From: Lama guanicoe
Lineage: Eukaryota
DNA length: 64,000 nt
Direction of reading: 5' to 3'
Assembly: GCA_013239625.1 (NCBI GenBank)
Contig: MU054129.1
Location: 127,238-191,237 of the forward strand
Part shown: positions 1-13,950 of the stretch, piece by piece
How the letters are laid out: the number at the start of each line of letters is the position of its first letter
Numbering within the stretch: position 1 is the first letter of the stretch
Translations under genes and position numbers: made by a program
The notes under the pieces: model-generated
The model's input: the letters and a program-made list of their open reading frames with translations, nothing else
Database searches by the model: none
Told to the model about the DNA's origin: nothing

Positions 1-9
1 GTACTACAA

Positions 10-483
10 TGTGAATGAAAATACTGCAGCCATGTCAGTAAACAAAGAATGCTGAAACCAACCTCTCAGCGGCTGCTGCCACCCCCCAGGGAGGACAGGC
101 CTGCAGCCCAGCCTCTGCAGTCACTCACAATGGTGCCCTCTGAGTGGACTCAGTATAAGAAAGGACAGGATACTGGCCCTAGATAGCTAGGTGCTTGTCA
201 AAGGAATGAATTCAGTGAGCCCAAATGTTTGCTTCCTCCCAAAAATACAAAAGCAATAAATTCTTAAACTTGAGATATCTCGTTTTTTTTAGATAACAAG
301 CAATCTTTTATTGTTCCAACTACCTGGTCTTTGTTGTAAAGCTCCTATATATCTTAGCTCCTCCCCTAACTCTTTGGAGCAGTCCCTCAAAGCAATGTGA
401 GAGGCTGTCATCCTGGCTCGAGTCCTCCCGCCAAATAAAACTTAACTGATAACTTTTGGGCTGCACATTTATTTCAGTCGACA
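10..483 (+). mobile_element. Solo ERV1-class LTR
   Basis: TG...CA termini (TGTGAATG at 10; TTTCAGTCGACA ending at 483), TATATA box near 346, AATAAA at 434. The 474-bp length is typical of a solo LTR. Confidence 0.75.
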
Positions 484-2999
484 CAACTTACAACAAACCC
501 AGGAAGAAGTGAATATTATCATGCCCATTTAACTGATTCACCAACAGGCTATGTGAGGTTACATTCTAGTCCAAGTTCCTATGGTGCAGAAATGGCAATT
601 TAAACCTGAAGCTGGGGTGCCCATGCCTGTGCTCCTTCTCTCTCCCATCTACCTGATCACTTGTCTGTGAAATCCGCCTGTCCAATATATAAGTTTGCAG
701 CCGGCCAGCTCTTAAATTCAATGTGTGCCACCATTTGTCAATGCTGGTTAATTACCATAAACTGCTGTCAGAAACCGTTACAGAAAAAACAGGTGGACCC
801 AATTCCCTGCCCACAAAGAAGAGGAATTCTGCCTTGCCTTCCCCTGCAATGTGCAGAAACCCTTCCCTTCACCACTAAATTCAAATGTATGCTTCATCTG
901 TGTTTATGTTTTCACAGGACTTATTAAAGCACAAGGTGCCTGAAATAATTCCATCTCGGTTCCTTTCCAAATATAAAGATTAGCCCAAATCAGATTCAGA
1001 ACAGACACAACACATCAAATCTGCAATGAAACACACTGGATTAAGAACAAAATGCGTGTCCTAGTCCAGAAAACTACGGGTCCCTCTTTCTTCCTGTCAT
1101 TATACAATCCCACCAGAACTCAGTAAATTGCTGTTTGCTCATCTGGCAACCAAACTCAGAGAAGAGTCAACTCAGCAGAGCGCCCTACTGGGGAGAACCC
1201 CCCGCAGCAGCCCTGCGGGCTGCCTGCCCTCCCGCACGCTCTGCTGACCCCTAGTGTCCTCCATGGAGACCGGGTCAACAGAACTGTTCCAACAGCTACA
1301 AAGTCCCACACATTATATAAAAGCATTTTATTTTATACGATATGTTACGTATATACCCATCTCTGAAAACAGCTTTGCCAGAAGCCCAAATCTTCAACAT
1401 TAATCTGCAAAGGCAATTCCGGTCCCCAAGGGAAAGCAAGTCTTAAGATGATGCTAAGGCCTCCAAAGTCCTCTCCATGACGACCATCAACCAAACTGCC
1501 TGCAGGTCTGCAGCTGCAGGCGGCTACATGTCTGTTTTTAAAGCACCCCCCTCCTGCCCTCATGTGCTACAATGTCCCTCTACGCCCTCCCAACTCAGGG
1601 TAAGAGCAGCCACTGCAGAACCTTGCAGGGCAACACTGACAGGACTGGACACAGAGGATCAGAGCTAAACTAAGCCTTCTGCTGACACGAGCTTGTTACT
1701 CTGTCACTTTACAGATGAAGATACATATAGAGAGGTGGCGTGATCTTGCTCAAAGTCACACAGCTAATAAGTGGCATAGTCTATAACTCTGCTCCTCCCT
1801 CCGGCGTGATGTCTCAGGTGGGACTCCCACAGGGTTTTCTCTTGCCTGCCTGACCAGTCCTTGACTGTCACTCATGACCCACCACAAAGTCTGTCCACAG
1901 CCTGCCTTTTCAGCATCTTTTCCCTCCAGTTTCTCAGGAACAAGGCTGCTCCGGCCATTGTATGACTTCTGGCTCCCCGAAACCTCCATGCTCAGGACAA
2001 TCATGTCTGTGCATGCGCCCCCTGCTCAAAGGTTCTTCCGTCCCTGCAGGTGGATTTTCCCACTCTCCGCAGGGAAACCCCCTCAGGGAAGCGCTCCTCT
2101 CGCCCTCAGCATGGCAGGTGTCCCAGGCCACATCCCGAGCTGCCTCATTAAGACTCCTTGTGCCCAGTTCTGCTAGTCAGATAAGCAGCTTCAGAACCCG
2201 GGGTTATGCCTGGGTCACCAATCATCTCCGAGCCCCTACCCAGCAGCACCGCTGATGACTGGTTTCCAACCTTTGGTCAGTTTCACACAAAACAGCAGCT
2301 TTCACTTGGAAGCTGGGGGTTTTCCCTTCTGCGGTCCATCCTTACCAGAAACATCAAGGGAAACCAAAAGGCCTTTTCTCAACTCTTTTCTGATGACACA
2401 TTTCCACCCACAATACTCTCATGCTCAAGAAGTTTGGGTCCACGTGGTTTTGTTTCCCTTATGGTAAGTGGCTCAAAAGACTGAGATTCTTTCTCTTTTG
2501 AGGGTATTTGTTTGTACTCAGTTTATGGGCTATAATCTGTTTTTGCTCCCTCTTCAGTGTCCCTGGCATTTGCCACTTCTCACTCCCTACAGCAGCCTCC
2601 CTCCCAACTTGTATTCTAGGAAATCAGCTGTGATGAGGGGCCCGGGGGCAGTCACAGAAGATGGAACTAAGGCACAGAGAGGCTACAAAATTTGCCCAAG
2701 GAGATCAGCTTCAACCCCCAACAGTGTGTGTCACGTCCCTCTGTTTAACTCTTATGCTAAACTAGTTAACTTTTAATAGATTATAGTAATAAACAGATGA
2801 GGTATCAAAATACATACAAGGACACACATCAACTCTAAGATGTTCATTAACTCCACTATTTTGCTTCTATTTATTTTATTTCTATTAAAAGAATTAAAAA
2901 CCTCTGCAGTCAAGATAGCAAAATGTTAATGGGTTTTAAATCCAGAATATAGAGGCGTAAGTGTATTACTCACACTTCTTTGTATATTCACAAGACAAA

Positions 3000-3480
3000 A
3001 TGATTTGAAGGTCTCTCTCCCCTCCCCCCTACTCACTACTGGCTCTCACCTGAGCTCCCAGACCACACATCTAACAGCCTTTCACTTTACCCACAGCTGA
3101 ACTCATCAGTTTTCCCCCAGAACTCCCTCTGCAGCTTTCCCTCCTCAGAGCACAGAAGGACCATCATTTACCTCATTAATCCACCCAGAAACCCTGGCCT
3201 TACTCCATCCTACCCTCCCAGACATCATTCATCTTTCATTTTATCATCTAACATGTCTTCAATCTGTTCGCTTTTTCCCACTGCCCGTCCCACTGCTCAG
3301 GTGGAAGCCACCAATACTGCCCATATGGACTCATGGGTCTCCCAGTGGCCCCCCAGCTGCTCTTCCCTACTTGAGACAAATGGGATACTGTCACTCCCGT
3401 GCTTTTAAGACTCTTTTCAAACCCACTGTTCTTAGAAGAAACTCCAAGTTCTTCACCTGGTGAAGGTCTTTACCATGAAA
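3000..3480 (-). mobile_element. Degraded L2 fragment
   Basis: C-rich L2-like motifs (ctctcacctgagctcccagacc, actgctcaggtggaagccaccaat, actgtcactcccgtgcttttaagactctt). Boundaries approximate. Confidence 0.5.
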
Positions 3481-4198
3481 CTGTCAGCTCAGGGAGGGCA
3501 GGGCATGCCCTCTCCCCTTGGCCCCGCCCTCTCCCCGGCCCCGCCCTTTCCCCTCATCCCCACTCTCTGGCACAGCGCCAGCTGGGGAGGACCTACTGAG
3601 CTACACCAGCATGTATTCTAACCCTGGTCTTGAGTTCTTAGCAAACTGCTTCACTTATCCATACAAATCCAAGGTAGATTAGAAAGATTTTATATAGTTA
3701 GCTAGACTTTTGATTTGGGACGGGACTTTGCACTAGCAACCTGCAAGTGCATGTTCTAATAGTTCTGTTTTCTTAAAACCACACCCAGATTTAAGTAGTA
3801 TCTGTGGAATGCCTTCGGAATAAAAGGAAATGTACTTTCACAGACTTTATGTTTTATAATATGAACAACCTGGACAGGGTCACAAATGGAACCACCTAAA
3901 AAGTGACAGAAGACGGGTTATAGGCATAAAGCAACAGGTTGCAAGGAAGGTAAGAGAAAAGTTGTTTCTCCAAACCCCCCTAAAATCCTGAAAGAACCAA
4001 AAATTCTGAATTTTGAAAGCAAAAGACTATCATATAAATAAATAAAATAACCCTCTTCATCAGGGTTTCAAGATCTGACTCCAGAATTTTTGGCATGCCG
4101 TACTGAATAGTAGCATAGAAACATAAGATGGACTAGTGGTGAGTAAGTTCCAGGAAAACGGCAGTAATTCCTCCACTTGTAAGAGGACACACACTCAC

Positions 4199-4325
4199 TT
4201 GTCGAAGGTGATTGTAAACCACATTCTGGAGAAATTCAGAAGACTCAGGCTCCGCTTCTAGATGGTGAGGACATGGAAGGACGGCTTGCATACATGCTTC
4301 TAACAGAGTCACCGGCATTCTAACA
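4199..4325 (-). pseudogene. TRAPPC9: TRAPPC9-like exon 7 remnant
   Basis: Flanked by ccccctgcAG and GTGAGT. Reads C*NAG/TLLEACMQAV/HVLTI*KRSL/ESSEFLQNVVYNHLRQ versus TRAPPC9 [42 protein letters not shown]. TAG stops at 4320-4322 and 4258-4260, plus frameshifts. 127 bp. Confidence 0.92.
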
Positions 4326-5483
4326 CTGCAGGGGGAAACGGAGGCCCTCAGTCAAGAGCAGAGATGTTCCTGACATGTCTCCCAGGCCGTGCCTCGGGGA
4401 CTCAGTGTCCTGTAGCAGTCTAGCCCCAGGCGAGGACCCGCAGCATGGTCCCCCAAAGCAGGAAGGGTACTGTGCTTGAGAAAATCAACCCCTGATGGGG
4501 GCAAGAGGGGATAGTGGGTTTGAGTGAACATATAAATGCCCACAGAAATACACCTGCATTCATTCAAGTGATACAACCAACAGTAGCAGGCTATTTAACA
4601 AAATTTCAATTGTCAGTGGAAATTTTACCATTCCTTCCACTTGTCCCCTGTACTCTGAGACAGGCTTAGGCTCTCTCACACCTGCAGCTCTGTGCAATAG
4701 TTGTGAAGTCATTTTACTTTGCTGCGACAGTCCTCGCTCCCCGTGTCACTGTCTGTCCTCTCTTAACACAGTCGGATGTCTTCCTGGATGTCTCCCTGAA
4801 TGCCTTGCTGCTGCTCCTTAGATCCTGAGATAAAGGGCAAGTAAAGATACATGACCAGAAAAGGCACTGTGGACTTGACCAAAGTCCTCAGTGACCCCTA
4901 GGTGTGTGCTGCCCACCCGTCAACTTCAGTTCTTAAGGTTCTGCCAAGTGTGACATCCAGCCAGGAGAGTGGCCCAGGCCAATTAAAAGTTGTGTGGCTT
5001 GGGTGTGGCGACAGGTGCAGGAGCTATTTCCGGAGCCGGGCTCCTCCCCACCTCTGCTCCCCTCTCCCCCTAGGCCCCGCTGCCAACCCCCAAGGCTCCC
5101 TGATCTAATGCATTTCTCTTCTACTCTACTCCAAACCCTTTTCCTCTTCCTTTTTTCCCTAATTATCCCCAGATGGAGTGATTTTTCAATCACAGTATCT
5201 GAAAAACTTTTCTGCAGCTGAAAAAGAGGTCTCCCGAGGTAAATGCCCATATCCTGGTTCCTGAATAGAGCCCCATGCTGGGGGAAACCTCACCAACACT
5301 CCTGAGGGCATTAGACATGTTGCGGGGTCAACCACCTCAACAGCAGTTTGCTGAGCCCCCAAGGCCCGCACAGCATCCCTGCTCACAAAAATATAGTCAG
5401 CCCACTTATCGGTTATTAAGAAGCAAAAATACAAAATTGCTCATGTTTCTTACTAAAATTATTTATGAGATGGAAAAGGAAAT

Positions 5484-6020
5484 TGTAATAGGAAAGAAGA
5501 AATCTGACTCTGTGTTGGATTGTTCCTTTAGCTTTAACTCTGTGCCCTGTTTTCTAGGCCCAGACTTGCTAGCTCTGCACCTTTTGTGAAAGAAAGTTGC
5601 CTTTAGCCTGAAGTATACAGGAGAGCCTATTCTCTGGGCTCTGATCTTTAAGGATGTTAGCTCTTCTGCACTTATGTAGAGAGTTCAAGTTGCAAAATAG
5701 AGAATAACCTTTGTTTTGTTGGAGGTTTTACAGGGGCATCATGATTTGACCCACATGGACAGCTGCAAGAACAAGGGATACCAACGACAAACAATTCGTA
5801 CAGCAAGAACTTTGCAACAACCAACCACACCCCCTCCCATTTTCAGTATAAAAGAAGCCTGAATTCTGACTTGGGGAAGAGGGTTCTCCCGGACATCAGT
5901 CAGACATCTTCTGGGTCTGACAGCTTGTCAAATAAAGTCACTATTCCTTGACCCAACACCTCATCTCCCAATTTATTGGCCTGTCATGCGGCAAGCAGAA
6001 TGAGTTTGGACTCGGTAACA
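5484..6020 (+). mobile_element. Solo MER41-like ERV1 LTR
   Basis: TGTAATAG...GAGTTTGGACTCGGTAACA termini, TATAAAA near 5847, AATAAA near 5931, imperfect 4-bp TSD (AAAT/AACT). Same family as the LTRs at 52461-53173. Confidence 0.8.
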
Positions 6021-7483
6021 AACTATATTGGAGTTAGTATGTCACCAGTTTCCTCATTTCCAATATGTAGCATGCACATCGTTTATGATTTAGTGCAAAT
6101 AATTCATCAAAGACAACAATAACAAGAAACTCACCTAGCTATCAACACTGAAGTCACAACGTATTAATTTTACATGCCGTTTAACAACAAAACCAAAAAA
6201 CTTAATATAGAGACTTGATTCCATGGAAATAAAATTATTTCTAGTCCTTCAAAACTTTATTTCTTTTCTATATCTTTTCTATTTTGTTTTGCTTATTGAA
6301 ACAAAAATAAAAATCATTTTATTTCACGTATTTTTGTTATAGCTACATATTTTAAATACTACAAAGAGATTTAAATTGCAAAAAAAGTTCATATATTAGT
6401 ATAAATACATATACAATCAATGGGGATTATGAAAAGAATGGACATTTACAAAAAAATCCACTGCACATCCAGTCTTTTACAAGCATATCCTGGAATATAA
6501 GCTCTATAATCCAAGGGTGCCCCACCCCATTCTCATTGCGAACTCCCTTAGTAATCAACTACCAAGGCATCAGCATAGAACCATGCGATTAGTATTTTAG
6601 GTATAAATGAGGGAATTAGCTCATTCAATTCTAAAATAAAAACCCTAAAATAAATACCTAACTGATTTACAGATAAAGAAAATTGGACACAAAAAAGTAC
6701 ACTTTCTTCCTCAAGGTCACAAAGCTAGTAACTGGTAAAGGCAAGATTTGAACTCGTCTGCCTGATTCTAAAAACTAAGGTGGAAATCCCATTTGACTGT
6801 GGAGGGTCTAACAGCACAGCCTATCACCCTATCTTTGTTCAGATCTAGCCTTAGACAGCCTGAGACAGCACCTCATTCCTATGGAACTCGAGGGCAAATG
6901 ATAAAAATAAGGATTTTATATCCAGTAGTTCTCTTAGCTCTCATTTACATAAAGTGTCAGCAGGTCAGCAGAAAAACTGGGAAATATGAGTGGGTCCAGA
7001 GCTTTTTGCTAGTAAAAAAACTCAATCTATCAAGACAGAGTGACCTTCCCATGAGAGGCCGCATGGACATAAACTAAAGGCAGCTGAGCAATGAAAACTG
7101 GCAAGACCCCGGGGCTCAAGCAAGAAGGGTCCCTGCCATCCTCCCACCCAGTTACATCTTCACCCGTGTGGACACGATGGCAGAAGACCCATGTTCTTGT
7201 CCTAGTTACACCATCATGGATTCTCACCCATAAAAAGTTACGACTCTGTGCTGTCTTAAGTCCTTTCCAACTCAAATATGATGACACCGATGTCTCAGCA
7301 GAATCTCTATGTCTCCACTTCCTCTCTTCTAATAGGAGAATAATTCTACGACCACAGAGAAATCCAATAAAAACCATGCATGAAGCCAGGATAAAGTCTG
7401 CTTAAGAGACTTTGCTCTCATGCTCAGTGAATGAAAACTCAGAAAAAGTGGTCCTTCTCCCTCAGCAAGTGAGAGATAGCCTG

Positions 7484-7521
<38 letters not shown>

Positions 7522-7529
7522 CTGTGTGT
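7484..7529. repeat. (TG)n microsatellite
   Basis: Directly visible TG run. Confidence 0.95.
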
Positions 7530-8539
7530 AAATTAAATACAGTCAAGTCTGGGATGTGAACAGATTTTTTTATTTCACTGTCATTTCAAGGGGATGAGCC
7601 AACCTTTAAAGTATTTTGAATCTAGCGTTCTGAGAGAGCCTCAGGATCTTTTGGTGGAGAAAGGGAAAGGAAATGAGGAAAGAGGTAAATGAAGCAAAGG
7701 AGTAAGAATAATGCAAGGGAAAGGCAAAATATTAATTTTGTTCCTACTTGCATCACATACAAATTAAGAACTGGCTTTCCCCTGATGTCTGGTCGAGCAC
7801 TGAGTTGCAGAAGAAGCGACAGCCTATTTCTCACTGAGCTTGTGACTGTACATGGCATCTTATAGACACAAATAATTTACCCTGAACAAACACTCTAGCA
7901 ACAGGCTGTAATTCTCCTGTTTTGAGAGACAAGAAAACGAGTACAAAGAGGGTATATAACTGGACAAAATTCAGAGGACCAATAAAAAAGAGAGGATGAA
8001 TTCAAACTCAGATCTGAATGCAGAGTCTGCTCTTCTCACTCCCAGGACTGGAAAATCCTTAACACACAGGCTCCCCAGCTCCCCTTCATTGTTCCTGGCA
8101 CCAAGCATTTCCCATGGCACTGGTCTCCAGTTCTCACAGACACAGAGTTCTGTGCAGCCAATGACCTTAATGGGACCTTGATCATCTACCTGCCACGCCC
8201 ACCAGGCTTCATCATAAAGGCAGGAAAGCTGGCTATCAAGTGCATACAAAGCCACCCCTGGTCTAACCTGGTTTCCTCTGGGGCTTCTCCAGACTAAAGG
8301 CAGCCATGAAACTGCTCACAGTTTGTACATGAGCCACACTACCTCTCTCCTTCTGTCTCCCCACCTATACTACTTAGCTATGACCATTTTGATAATCTTG
8401 GAAACAAATTTTTAAAAACAGAATAGATAGGATTCTGGAACAAGTACTTAATACTTCCAATTTTAAATGACAAGTTATAAAGTGAGTATTTACAAACCGA
8501 ACCTGCCTTTCTAGGTGTCAGTTTTAAGAAGTAGAAAAT

Positions 8540-10448
8540 AAAATAGCAAACAATTCTCACTTACAAAATTAACAAAAACATAAACAATAATCTGGAATAA
8601 ACTAAAAAATTATGCCCATGTTCTAAATGAAGAAAACAACAGGACTGTACTGAAGGGTAAAATAAGAGGTGTAAATGTAGAGACATCAACATATTGCATG
8701 AAGGAAAGCAGTTTTGTAAAGATACAAGTGCTGCTAAATATAATTCAAAACTTACTAAAAAATCCCATGAAAACTCTTAGCTGATTTTTTTATAATTTGA
8801 GCAAAATATTTGTGAAGTCTTCAGGAATAATAAAGTGATAATACTGGCCAAGAAAATTTGGGATGCAAGAAAAGAATCAAAAACAAATCACATTGTCAAA
8901 TATTAAATAAATTTTTACAATATATAAGATATGGTGCTGGAATAAGAAAGGAAGATTGATAGAAAGGAACCATGAGCTCAAAAAGAGACTCTAGTGTACA
9001 TAAGTATTTTGTACACGTGGGATTTCAAATCAAAGAGAAAAATATGAATTCAATAATTGTCCTGGGAAAAATCAGAGAAACACCTGGAAAGAATAAATTC
9101 TATTCCTGTCATAATGACCACAAGAAAAATTACAGATAGTGATGTAAATATTAAAAAATAATAATAACAGTAAATTCAACACTTTACTCATATTAACTCT
9201 ACTTTCCCTCACTATAACAAGTACTATTATCATCTCCATCTTAGAGATTAAAAAACCTACAGAAGAGATTTATTCCATTATAAGAAAGTATTTCTAAGAA
9301 TAATGCCAAAGATAAAACACATAAGGAAGACATTTACTATCATAAGAATATTTTGGGCCACAACAAAAATAAAAAACCTACTGAACAAAATGAAAGGCAA
9401 GAAATGAAAAGAAAAAGCTCTCTGACACGTGTTGATGAAGACAAGAAGTTAATGTTCATAACATACAAAGAGCTGTCACAAAGCAACAATAAGCTCCCTC
9501 ACTTAACTGTGTGCAAAGAACAAAAGGGATCATTCATTTTTAAAAAGTTAAATGGCTAAATGAGTGAAAAATGCTCAGTACCTCACTGGTCATCAAATGC
9601 AAGCTAAAATATTGGAAAAGCACTTTTGCTCATCATATTGGCAAATATTTGTAAAAGGTATTCTAGCTAGTGTCCCTCTGTGGGAGAACAAACTGTGAGA
9701 GAACTTTTTGGAGGACGACAAGTCAATGAATATGTAAACTCTAAAAAACGTGCGTACACACTGACTCAACTCCACTTCTAAGAATCGTTTCATTTAGAAA
9801 AAAAGAAATCATCTCAAAAAGATGTACTCATCAGGGCATTTACACAGCACTGTTTACAATGGTGGGAAGAAAAGCTGAAGTGAAATCATATCCAGCGATA
9901 GAGAATTGGTTACATAAGTTATTCTACATCTTTTCATTCCCCACTGGAGACGTAATTTCTAGAGTCACTTGAAAGGAACCTGTGATGAATGTAAATGTCA
10001 CATCCAGGGACTAAATTTCCAGAAGCCTTAACTAAAGGAATACTCATAGAAGATCACAGGAATGTCTGTACAAGAAGGATGCCAGTCAAACATCCTTTCT
10101 GATAGTGTAAAATGGAGAAAACTTAAGTGTCCACCATCAAGACAATGATGCGGTAAATCACGGCGAGATGCGGGCCCTGAGGGGACCAGCGACTCGGCAT
10201 GGTCCAAGGCCTTGTCCACAGCACTCTCCCACCAAAGGTGTCCTTGCACAAGAGACCACACCTGCACATCAGGAGACCCCTCCATTCTATCTGAAAGGAC
10301 CGGTTGGGTCTGGAGTGGAAGGACGTCTATGATACACCCCTGAGTGAATAAAGCGAGCTGCAGAAAAACATACAGTATGGTCTCATTTTTCAATAAAGCA
10401 TATATACACACACATATACATAGATTTCTCATATACGTATGTGTGTTT

Positions 10449-10450
<2 letters not shown>
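8540..10450 (+). mobile_element. Old fragmented L1M (L1ME-like) remnants
   Basis: A-rich decayed L1 ORF2 and 3' motifs (atatggtgctgg, aaaatgctcagtacctcactggtcatcaaatgcaa, cagcactgtttacaatgg). Boundaries approximate. Confidence 0.6.

Positions 10451-10499
<49 letters not shown>
10440..10499. repeat. Compound (TG)n(TA)n microsatellite
   Basis: Directly visible. Confidence 0.95.
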
Positions 10500-10500
<1 letters not shown>

Positions 10501-11130
10501 ACATGTCATAGGCAAAATGGTCATGAAATATATACACCACATTGAAAACAGCTTTTACTTTCAGGAAGTAAGGGGAAGGGAGTTAGGGGCCTTCCTGTAC
10601 AACCGCTGTTCTCTTTTCAGTATTTCATTTAAGTATACTTGGAATTTAAAAGTTTATTTAAGTCCGAAGTAAAATGGACGATGCCTCCACAAGACAGAAT
10701 GCTATACTGGTCATTAAAAATCATGCCAGGGGAGATAGAATATTGTAGAAACACGTGTAATAAGCTGAATGGAAAATGGAGGTCTCCACACAGTTAACAG
10801 GCACAGAGTGCTCGCTGGTTTTTATGACAGAGGTAATACACACTGACGAAAACAACAGAAAATAGATGTTAAAGTGTTAATTATTATCTCTGAGTAGTGG
10901 GACAAGGATAGCCTCTTTTGCCCCCTTTTTCAGACTTATTATATTAAATACACATTATTTTTCATCTGAAAAAAGCATTTTTAGATGTGTAGTACAGCAC
11001 ATTGGAGAATAATACCAGTGTACTTACAGAAACAAGTAACTAGGAGACACCACAGCAGCGTCACACAATGTAGAATGGGCGATTCTGATTAACACCATGC
11101 AGTTTCATAAGGACCCACAAAGTGAGAGCA

Positions 11131-11252
11131 CCTGCTGTAACAGGGCGTGGCCCCCTTCTAGTTGTCAGTTGTGTCTTCAGGGCTGAGGCAGTTCTGAGCA
11201 CGGCCAGTGTCAGTGCATGTATCTGGATGGATGCCACTGGAGGTGAGGGCGC
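11131..11252 (-). pseudogene. TRAPPC9: TRAPPC9-like exon 6 remnant
   Basis: Acceptor tgtttgcAG. Reads [40 protein letters not shown] versus [41 protein letters not shown]. TAG at 11158-11160. The donor is damaged (AGCAG/GTGCTC). Confidence 0.93.
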
Positions 11253-13659
11253 CTGCAAACAGACAGGAAGAACAGAAAGCATCTTCTGTTTCCTTTTTAC
11301 TTTAAAAGAGAGGCACAAATAAGATAAACTGTGTATCTTCCCTACTGAAATTTCAGTAATGAAACCGTTTTTAAATACTTCATAGCTTATAATGTGCCTA
11401 TAATTGTCTTTTCAACAAAGCATCATATTTATTAAATGTTAATTAACTCAGTTAATTAACTTCCTGTTTAAACCTTCTATTAAAGAACATGAAATGCACA
11501 AAGTGAAAGCACGCCTGCAGTGACTAGCCCAGCTGTATTGACGGCAGTGCAGTCACCCCCACCATCCCGTGGCCCTGAGCTCCTGATGCTGGTAAGAGAG
11601 CACGCTGCCGCCTCAGATGGAGAGAAACTGTGACAGAATTTCCTGAAATCTAGAGCACTGACAAAACATGACTGAAGAGTCCCAGTCTCCTTTGAGGCCA
11701 TCATTTTCTGTTTCTGGCCAACACCCATCAATGAGCAGAACCACCCCATTCCTGAGCCATGGGACTCACGTGGGAAGCAGTTTTGGAGAAATTTCCAGGT
11801 ATTGAATGTAACCAACTACACGTAGAACTGTGACAAAAGAAACGATGCAATACTCTGATTTTGGAAGACACTCAAAATATTCTCCTAAGCCTTAGTAGAT
11901 GGAAAGGCTGGGCTTCTCCTAAGCCACTAATTTATTTCACAGCCAGTGGGCATCTCCCACAAACCCTGTTTCCCTGTGTCTGCTGGGAGCCTCAGGCACA
12001 CTCTTGCTGTCGATCTTATAAGTCACAGGGCAGACGCGTGAGTCTCACCCTGCAACCCTCACACAGGCTCGCCTCCTAGCCTCACTGTCTGAACTTGGCT
12101 CCATTTTCTCACCTGATTATTTGGTATCTGTTATTCTGTAAGCTGCCTGAAATGATAGTTGGAACAACTCAGAAGAATGAGTGGGTAGATAAATGGACAG
12201 ATGGACCGGTGAGAGATGGGCAGACAGACAGAGAGACTCCAAGAAAAGGGGAACAAAGAAAATTTCCTATGCAAAACCCTCTTCCAGTCAGGGAGGAAAA
12301 CCACCACAGAGAAGTATGAAGAGGCAGGTGGCTTAGGACTTTTTCCTACATTCCATGAAAAATCACACAAGAGATGAGAGGGTAGAACTATAAATATTAA
12401 AAGAAAAACTCATGCATGCTTAAAAGCAATCTACAATATGTACTTTCTAAAGAATAGATTCAAATCAGCAGGGCCCAATAACACAATCCTTGAGTATTTA
12501 CAGAAGTGAGAATCCCATCTCCAACCCACAAGGCATCCCTTTAGAACACTGAGAGTCTTCACGGGGCGGTCATAAAGCCGTCACCGCAAAATCTATGCTA
12601 TCCTGCACTTACGAGGAACGAGCAGCTGTGCTGGAGCCGCCCACGTGCGTCATTTACACACCTCAGCACCTCTATGGGGGGGGACATCTAGCGAGCCCCA
12701 TCTCTGCAGGACAGAAAACAAGCCCGGGAGAGGCTAAGCTGACCTACCAGTTCTCCATATCACAGGAATGGTCACTCCAGAGCGGGACTCGAACTCGGAC
12801 CCACAATTGTAACCACGGTACTACCGTGCTTTAGGAGATTTTTGTGTGTATAATACATTTGTTTCTGGCATGAAAGGGTATTTAATAAATAATCGGTTGT
12901 CTTGTCTATCTCATTAGCTCACAATCACTCTTTATACTGTTGAATTGTACTCTTTTCGAGAAAGTAACGGAAAGAGTGGGGGTCAGAATGAGGTGGGGCT
13001 CCATTCTTTATCTGGTACCTCATCTCATCCAAGTCCCCAACCAGGGAGAAGGAGCAAATGTTCTCTTCATCTCTTAAAGAGAGGGCCCCACTGATGGTGA
13101 CTTACTCAACTCTAAAACCAAGGCTGGGGGAAGGGCACACTCAGCAACCAGAGCAGTATCACCTGTAGGAAGGTGAAAAGAGCTCACAGGAGAGCTCACA
13201 GGGTCAGCCTGATTTAATTTCAATCGATAAAAGATTACCACACTCTAAAAATACTAGCATGCAATGCATTTGCTCTTTCTTGACATTTAGCAAGATTCCA
13301 CAGCCCACATGTAACATTATCATGAACCAGTGAATAGAAGAGTCTACAGACAAGAAAAAACAATGCCACAGGCAGGCTGAAACAAAGGCTGGAGTTTAAG
13401 AAGGGAAAGGGCATAGTTAAGAAGTGGGGAAAGGCTAGGAAAAATAAATCATAAAGACTCTCAAGCATCATCCAACAATCATATAATCATTCATTCAAGA
13501 GAGAGTTACTGAGGTCCTATTTTGTGCAAGATTGTACAGAGGGTGAATCAAGAGTCCAGAGGCCATAGTGGCAGCAAGGGGCGGGGCTCAAATACACTTC
13601 TGATCCCAGTGCCTTACACAAGTCTTCAGTATAAAGGCAAAAAAAAAGTAAAATAATAT

Positions 13660-13950
13660 TCTGTAAACTCAAAGCACTGTTGAAAAAAAATTAAAGTAGA
13701 CCTAAATACCTGGACAGACACACCACGTACATTGCTGGGTCAGAAGACAAAGCTCTTGGGATGGCAGTGCTCCCCAGAGTGATCCGTGCATTCAACGTGG
13801 TCTCGATCACAATCCCAGCGGGCTCCTCTCAGTAACTGACTAGCTGCTGCTACAATTCATATGGGAATTCTAGGGTCTCAGTAACCAAAACATACTTGAA
13901 AAAGATGAACAACGTGATAGGACTTGTAATTCTCAATTTCAAAACCTACA
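13660..13950 (+). mobile_element. Old L1M ORF2 fragment
   Basis: Motifs aaagtagacctaaatacctggacagac, gcattcaacgtggtctcgatcacaatcccagc and tagctgctgctacaattcatatggg. Confidence 0.65.

Noticed and set aside
1345..1563. 72-aa minus-strand ORF with apparent AG and GT ends
   Set aside because: No similarity to TRAPPC9 or any protein I recognise. Intronic position.
1..4198. TRAPPC9 exon 8 (LSEEEKIQRYSILSELY...)
   Set aside because: No matching sequence seen. It probably lies left of the window, if present at all.
7030..7405. Overlapping 104-115 aa ORFs
   Set aside because: No recognisable domain. Consistent with chance ORFs in an intron.
10028..10672. 170-aa and 77-aa ORFs
   Set aside because: Kept open by the TG/TA microsatellite and L1 remnants.
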